A stretch of DNA of 32,000 nt from Tannockella kyphosi (lineage in GTDB: Bacteria > Bacillota_I > Bacilli_A > Erysipelotrichales > Coprobacillaceae), in the NCBI RefSeq assembly GCF_021054785.1, contig NZ_CP088239.1, positions 840,001 through 872,000 on the forward strand, in the 5' to 3' direction. The position numbers and the translations under genes were made by a program. Of the stretch, positions 27,350 to 32,000 are shown piece by piece. The notes under the pieces are model-generated. The model did not search any database. It saw nothing but the letters and a program-made list of their open reading frames with translations, and was not told the DNA's origin. The first letter of the stretch is position 1; each line of letters begins with the position of its first letter.

Positions 27350-27700
27350 TTGTATACAACATTTTTTTATCAGTGATAACGTATCATCAAATATTTCATT
27401 TACTTTTTAATTATTTTTTATATACTATATACAAAAGGGGATAAAATATATTTAGCTTCATTTATTGAAAAACAAGAAATTAAAACACAGAGTATTATAT
27501 AGAAAAAGAGTAACAAGTCGTAAAAATATTTAATAGAATTATTATTTTATACAAACATATAAATAAGGAGGAGGAAAAATATGGCTTATAAAAAAACAAC
27601 AATCAAAGAATTTGATTTAAACCCATTTGATTCAATTGGAGAAGGATGGCTATTAATAACTGGTTACAAAGATGGTGTGGTTAATACAATGACTGCTTCA
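27350..27700. repeat. 351-bp direct repeat, copy 2 (right of the IS; part of the intact gene)
   Basis: Identical to 25103-25453. Confidence 0.9.
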
Positions 27701-28090
27701 TGGGGAGGTTTAGGTATTTTATGGTCTAAACCGGTTGCTACTGTTTTTGTTAGACCGGAACGTTATACAAAAGAGTTTATTGATCAAACTGATTATTTTA
27801 CGATTACTTTTTTTAATGGTTATAAAAAAGAATTAGGAATCTTAGGAACGAAATCTGGACGTGATGGAGATAAAATCAAAGAAGTAGATTTTCATGTGGA
27901 AATGATAGAAGATTTACCTAGCTTTCAAGAAGGGACACATATGATGATTTGTAAAAAATTATATGTGGATAGTTTAAAACAAGAAAAGTTTTTAGATCAA
28001 AGTATTTTTACCAAAAACTATACAAAAGGTGGTATTCATGATATGTATATTGCCCAAATAGAATCTATTTATCAAAACATAGAAGAATAA
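27581..28090 (+). CDS. Flavin reductase-like (FMN-binding split-barrel) domain protein
   Basis: 169 aa. NTMTASWGGLG...VFVRP..YT pattern typical of the flavin reductase-like family. AAGGAGGAGG RBS. Confidence 0.7.
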   Translation: MAYKKTTIKEFDLNPFDSIGEGWLLITGYKDGVVNTMTASWGGLGILWSKPVATVFVRPERYTKEFIDQTDYFTITFFNGYKKELGILGTKSGRDGDKIKEVDFHVEMIEDLPSFQEGTHMMICKKLYVDSLKQEKFLDQSIFTKNYTKGGIHDMYIAQIESIYQNIEE

Positions 28091-28141
28091 TCTTCTATGT
28101 TTTTTTTATCAAGATTAGGACATACTTCTATTGGTGATAAA

Positions 28142-28819
28142 ATGGAATATATAAATATAATAATCTTACCTTTTATTTCTCTATTCGTTTTGTTCTTTTT
28201 AACAAAACTAATGGGATATAGACAAGTAAGTGAATTAAGCATGTATGATTATATTAATGGAATAACAATTGGTTCCATTGCTTGTGAGTTTATACTAACT
28301 GGAGATAAAGAACCTATTCGATTATTAGTAGCGTTATTAATTTATACTACAGTAACTATTTTGGTATCAAAATATTCAATAAAGAATAGAAAGTTTCGTT
28401 ATCTGGTAGAAGGTAAAGCTGTTATTTTATTTAAAAATAACAGAATACAAAATAATATGTTAGAAAAAGCAAAGATGGATTTGGATGAATTATTGATGCA
28501 ATGTAGGATGTTAGGATATTTTTATTTAAATGAAGTAGATACTATTATTTTAGAAGCAAATGGTAAAATTAGTGTTTTACCTAAATCTAAGTATCGTACA
28601 ATTCAAATAAATGATATGTCATTAAATCATCAACCAACATCAATTATTCAAATTATTGTTCAAGAAGGAATAATAAATAAAGATGTTTTATATCAAAGTG
28701 GTCATCATGAAAAATGGTTAGAGCTTTATCTTACAAAACACCAATGTCTCTTAAGTGATGTTTTATTATTATATAAGTTAGAAAATAATCAACTATTTCT
28801 ATATAGCAAAGAAAAATAA
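28142..28819 (+). CDS. DUF421 (YetF-like) membrane protein
   Basis: TM N-terminus with LMGYRQVSELSMYDYINGITIGSIA and a C-terminal YetF-like domain. The start is chosen at the internal ATG (MEYINI...); 28097 is the alternative. Confidence 0.7.
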   Translation: MEYINIIILPFISLFVLFFLTKLMGYRQVSELSMYDYINGITIGSIACEFILTGDKEPIRLLVALLIYTTVTILVSKYSIKNRKFRYLVEGKAVILFKNNRIQNNMLEKAKMDLDELLMQCRMLGYFYLNEVDTIILEANGKISVLPKSKYRTIQINDMSLNHQPTSIIQIIVQEGIINKDVLYQSGHHEKWLELYLTKHQCLLSDVLLLYKLENNQLFLYSKEK

Positions 28820-28836
28820 TCTGTTTTTATAGAAAC

Positions 28837-28868
28837 AAAGACGCTACTTTAGTAAGTAACGTCTTTTT
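28837..28868 (+). terminator. Intrinsic terminator after the DUF421 gene
   Basis: AAAGACGCTACTT-TAGT-AAGTAACGTCTTT (one mismatch) followed by TT. Confidence 0.7.
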
Positions 28869-28877
28869 AGGTATAAT

Positions 28878-28903
28878 AAAACACATCAGTTATGATGTGT
28901 TTT
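28878..28903 (-). terminator. Intrinsic terminator after rubrerythrin (minus strand; palindromic)
   Basis: AAAACACATCA-GTTA-TGATGTGTTTT, 12 nt beyond the rubrerythrin stop. Confidence 0.75.
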
Positions 28904-28914
28904 AAGATTTGTTA

Positions 28915-29460
28915 TTATTTACCAAAATATCTAGCTAATAAACCAGCAAATGCTTTACCATGTCTAGCTTCATCTCTTGCCATTTCATGAACTGTATCAT
29001 GAATAGCATCTAAGTTTAATGCTTTTGCACGAGTAGCTAAGTCAACTTTACCTAGAGTAGCACCATTTTCAGCTTCTACACGCATTGATAAGTTCTTTTC
29101 AGTAGAATCAGTTAATACTTCTCCTAATAATTCCGCAAATTTAGCAGCATGTTCTGCTTCTTCGAATGCAGCTTTTTCCCAATATAAACCAATTTCAGGA
29201 TATCCTTCTCTATGAGCTACACGACTCATTGCTAAATACATACCAACTTCTGAACATTCTCCTTCAAAGTTAGCACGTAAGTCTGCTTTAATATCTTCAG
29301 GAACATCGCTTGCAACACCTACTACATGTTCTGCTGCCCAAGTCATTTCTCCTGATTGTTTTGCGAATTTACTCGCTGGTACTTTACATACTGGACACAT
29401 TTCTGGAGCACTATCTCCTTCGTGAACGTAACCACATACTGTACATACAAATTTTGCCAT
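28915..29460 (-). CDS. rbr: Reverse rubrerythrin (N-terminal rubredoxin-like domain plus C-terminal diiron ferritin-like domain)
   Basis: CTVCGY...CPVCKV at the N-terminus. ExxH diiron motifs ([20 protein letters not shown]) lie C-terminal, so the domain order is reversed relative to classical rubrerythrin. Confidence 0.9.
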   Translation of the reverse strand: MAKFVCTVCGYVHEGDSAPEMCPVCKVPASKFAKQSGEMTWAAEHVVGVASDVPEDIKADLRANFEGECSEVGMYLAMSRVAHREGYPEIGLYWEKAAFEEAEHAAKFAELLGEVLTDSTEKNLSMRVEAENGATLGKVDLATRAKALNLDAIHDTVHEMARDEARHGKAFAGLLARYFGK

Positions 29461-29663
29461 TTTCCTTTTCCTCCTTCTTAATACGCTTTAATTATAGACC
29501 AATTGATTGAAAAAGAAAACTATTTTGCTTTCTTTTTATTAAGTAAAATATTATAATGTTTGTGTTATTTAAATAAGTAGTAACTTGTACTAACTTTATT
29601 CATTAAATAACAAATTTAATGTATTGGACACCGTATTAGAAATAAACGGTAGTTGGAGGAAAA

Positions 29664-30266
29664 ATGAGAAATAAAAAAACAAAAACAATGGTTTTATATG
29701 CTTTTTTTATAGCGATTGAAATCATCCTTGTATGTGTTCCCTTTCTTGGGTTTATCCCTTTAGGGTTTATGAATGCAACGACTTTGCATATTCCAGTTAT
29801 TATCGCAGGGATTGTTTTAGGTCCTAGTGGTGGTGGTGTAATTGGGCTTGTGTTTGGATTATGTTCACTTATTAATGCGACATTGAATCCGACTGTGACA
29901 TCTTTTGTTTTTTCACCCTTTATTAGTGGTAACTTACTTTCTTTGGTTATTGCAATAGTTCCTAGAGTTTTATGTGGGTATTTAAGTGGTGTTAGTTTTA
30001 TTGTTTTACAAAAGATATCGAAAAAGAAAAGACTTATTATGTTTATTAGTGGTATTATTGGTTCTTTTACAAATACTATATTTGTTTTAGGAGGAATTTA
30101 TTTTATTTTTGGTACTACTTATAGTCAAACAATAGGGATTGAGGTAAATACTTTATTAATGTATTTTATTACTGTAGTAGGTATTCAAGCAGTAGTAGAG
30201 GCATTATTAGGATCTTTTATTAGTTGTAGTGTGGCTAAACCACTTTTATCTTTAGGAGGTAAGTAG
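29664..30266 (+). CDS. ECF transporter S component, probably pantothenate-specific (PanT-like) by context
   Basis: 200-aa, ~6-TM protein (TTLHIPVIIAGIVLGP, GGVIGLVFG). It sits immediately upstream of, and abuts, coaBC. GGAGG RBS. Confidence 0.65.
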   Translation: MRNKKTKTMVLYAFFIAIEIILVCVPFLGFIPLGFMNATTLHIPVIIAGIVLGPSGGGVIGLVFGLCSLINATLNPTVTSFVFSPFISGNLLSLVIAIVPRVLCGYLSGVSFIVLQKISKKKRLIMFISGIIGSFTNTIFVLGGIYFIFGTTYSQTIGIEVNTLLMYFITVVGIQAVVEALLGSFISCSVAKPLLSLGGK

Positions 30267-31445
30267 ATGAAAAAAACAATTCTAATTGGAGTTTGTGGTA
30301 GTGTTGCAGCATATAAAAGTGCGCAATTAGTAAGTGATTTATTAAAATTAGGGTATGATATTGAAGTAGTCATGACTAAAAATGCTACTAAATTTATTCA
30401 ACCAATGACCTTCGAAGCATTAATTAAAAAACCTGTTTATATTGATGTAGTCGATAAATCAGAAGGGTACCAAATAAAACATATAGAATTAGCTAAAAAA
30501 GCTGATTTATTTATAGTAGCACCTTGCTCTGCTAATACATTAGCTAAATTAGCGAATGGTTTATGTGATGATATGTTGTCTACTACTTTTCTTGCATGCA
30601 CTTGTAAGAAATTAATAGCCCCTGCTATGAATACGGCTATGTATGACAATCTAGCTACACAAAGAAATATTGAGCGTTGTTTAAGTTATGGTATTACTTT
30701 TGTTGAACCTGGCAATGGTTTGTTAGCTTGTGGAGATGTCGGTAGAGGGAAACTTGCGGATATGGAAGATATCAAAGAAATGATTGATTACTGTTTGGAA
30801 GAAAAGCTTTTAAGAAATAAAAAAGTATTAATTACTGCGGGACCAACGCAAGAAGCAATCGATCCTGTTCGTTATATAACAAATCATTCTAGTGGTAAAA
30901 TGGGGTATGCATTAGCAAAAAAAGCATTTCAATTAGGTTGTGATGTAACATTGATAAGTGGCCCGGTGAATCTAAAAGTACCTTATGGTATTCAACATAT
31001 TTCAGTAGTTAGCGCTAGCGAGATGTTGGAAGCTGTAAAAGGATGTTATTTAAAACAAGATATTATTATTAAAGCAGCTGCAGTTGGTGATTATCGTGCC
31101 AAGACAGTAGCTAGTAATAAAATTAAAAAAGGAAATCAAGATATATTCATTGAGTGTCAAAAAAATGATGATATTTTGGCTTTTCTAGGAAATCATGTAA
31201 CGAAGCAAAAACTATGTGGTTTTGCAATGGAAACTGAAAATTTGATTGAAAATGCCCAAAAGAAGTGTATTACAAAAAACTGTGATTTACTTGTTGCTAA
31301 TGATTTAACAACATCTGGAGCTGGTTTTCAAGTGGATACCAATAAAGTATTCTTTATTACCAAAGACAATGTTCAAGAGTTGGATTTAATGACAAAAGAT
31401 GAACTGAGTAAAGAAATATTATTAACGTTAAGTAAGGAGAATTAG
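30267..31445 (+). CDS. coaBC: Bifunctional phosphopantothenoylcysteine decarboxylase / phosphopantothenate-cysteine ligase
   Basis: N-terminal flavoprotein domain (ILIGVCGSVAAYK, PAMN) and a C-terminal CoaB domain (TAGPTQEAIDPVRYITNHSSGKMG). Confidence 0.9.
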   Translation: MKKTILIGVCGSVAAYKSAQLVSDLLKLGYDIEVVMTKNATKFIQPMTFEALIKKPVYIDVVDKSEGYQIKHIELAKKADLFIVAPCSANTLAKLANGLCDDMLSTTFLACTCKKLIAPAMNTAMYDNLATQRNIERCLSYGITFVEPGNGLLACGDVGRGKLADMEDIKEMIDYCLEEKLLRNKKVLITAGPTQEAIDPVRYITNHSSGKMGYALAKKAFQLGCDVTLISGPVNLKVPYGIQHISVVSASEMLEAVKGCYLKQDIIIKAAAVGDYRAKTVASNKIKKGNQDIFIECQKNDDILAFLGNHVTKQKLCGFAMETENLIENAQKKCITKNCDLLVANDLTTSGAGFQVDTNKVFFITKDNVQELDLMTKDELSKEILLTLSKEN

Positions 31446-31447
31446 TT

Positions 31448-32000
31448 ATGTTAATGGCAGTAGATATAGGAAATACAAATATTACCATTGCTATTTTTGA
31501 TGAAGAAGAGATTGTTGGACATTATCGTTTAACAACTAAATTTCAAAGAACTAGTGATGAATATGGTTTTATGATATTAAGCTTTTTACAAGCTTCTAAT
31601 ATTCAAATAGATAAAATTAAGGATATTATTTTATCTTCTGTAGTACCTAAAATAAATTATTCTTTTGTTAATTCATTAAAAAAATATTTATTAAAGACAC
31701 CGATTATTATAGGACCTGGTATTAAAACTGGGATTTCTATTAAAATAGATGATCCTAAAACATTAGGAGCTGATCGTCTTGTAGATGCAGCTGGTGCTTT
31801 CAATTTATATGGAGGACCTTGTATCGTAATTGATTTTGGTACTGCAACTACTTTTGATGTTATTAATGAAAAAGGAGAATTTTTAGGAGGAACAACTGCT
31901 CCTGGTATTAATATTTGTAATAATGCATTAAGTTTACAAGCAGCTAAATTACCAGAAGTAGCTATTGAAAAACCACCTTTTGCAATTGCTAAAAATACAG
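31448..32000 (+). CDS. coaX: Type III pantothenate kinase (3' end lies outside the window)
   Basis: MLMAVDIGNTNITIAIF...GADRLV...VIDFGTATTFD. The frame is open to the window edge, so it is not in the ORF track. Confidence 0.85.
   Translation, partial: MLMAVDIGNTNITIAIFDEEEIVGHYRLTTKFQRTSDEYGFMILSFLQASNIQIDKIKDIILSSVVPKINYSFVNSLKKYLLKTPIIIGPGIKTGISIKIDDPKTLGADRLVDAAGAFNLYGGPCIVIDFGTATTFDVINEKGEFLGGTTAPGINICNNALSLQAAKLPEVAIEKPPFAIAKNT

Noticed and set aside
25103-27700. 351-bp duplication interpreted as a tandem gene duplication or a second functional promoter/gene copy.
   Set aside because: The repeats exactly abut the ends of an IS whose family is known for long target duplications, and copy 1 is truncated by the IS after 40 codons. 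An assembly artefact remains a formal possibility and is listed as a check.
29535-29560. PerR-box-like AT palindrome (AATATTATAATG) in the rubrerythrin/panT intergenic region.
   Set aside because: It is only an 8-bp ATTATAAT palindrome in very AT-rich DNA. It is indistinguishable from a -10 hexamer and not a full TTATAATNATTATAA site.

Overview
AT-rich, gene-dense chromosomal segment typical of a low-GC Bacillota anaerobe. This is a guess from composition and gene content (reverse rubrerythrin, PPi-type PFK, ECF/CoA salvage), not from any search. Most of the window is housekeeping: short-form metH plus a fused Hcy-methyltransferase/MTHFR, a CDF transporter, a lipoprotein cyclophilin, a GH1 phospho-beta-glucosidase, a deoC-like aldolase / DeoR / PFK-like / YdcF group, a nitroreductase, M18 and M20 peptidases, a P-type ATPase, citrate synthase, ilvE, a flavin reductase-like protein, DUF421, rubrerythrin, and panT-coaBC-coaX. 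Most transcription units end in clear hairpin + T-run terminators, and several promoters carry an extended -10 (TGCTATAAT). No rRNA, tRNA or CRISPR array was seen. Five things stand out. (1) An 831-codon gene fuses a complete Tet(M)/EF-G-like translational GTPase to a C-terminal YacP/Rae1-type NYN ribonuclease domain; this is the best candidate for an undescribed system. (2) An IS1634-family insertion is flanked by a perfect 351-bp target duplication that copies a promoter, an RBS and 40 codons. (3) A G-rich, hairpin-dense ~180-nt segment with its own strong terminator sits between the ATPase and citrate synthase genes and is either an unclassified RNA or an atypical small gene. (4) A LytTR/AgrC-like pair appears degenerate in both the receiver and the kinase. 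(5) Helically phased AACAAAC repeats bracket the deoC-like promoter. All domain calls come from reading the translations by eye; no searches were run.
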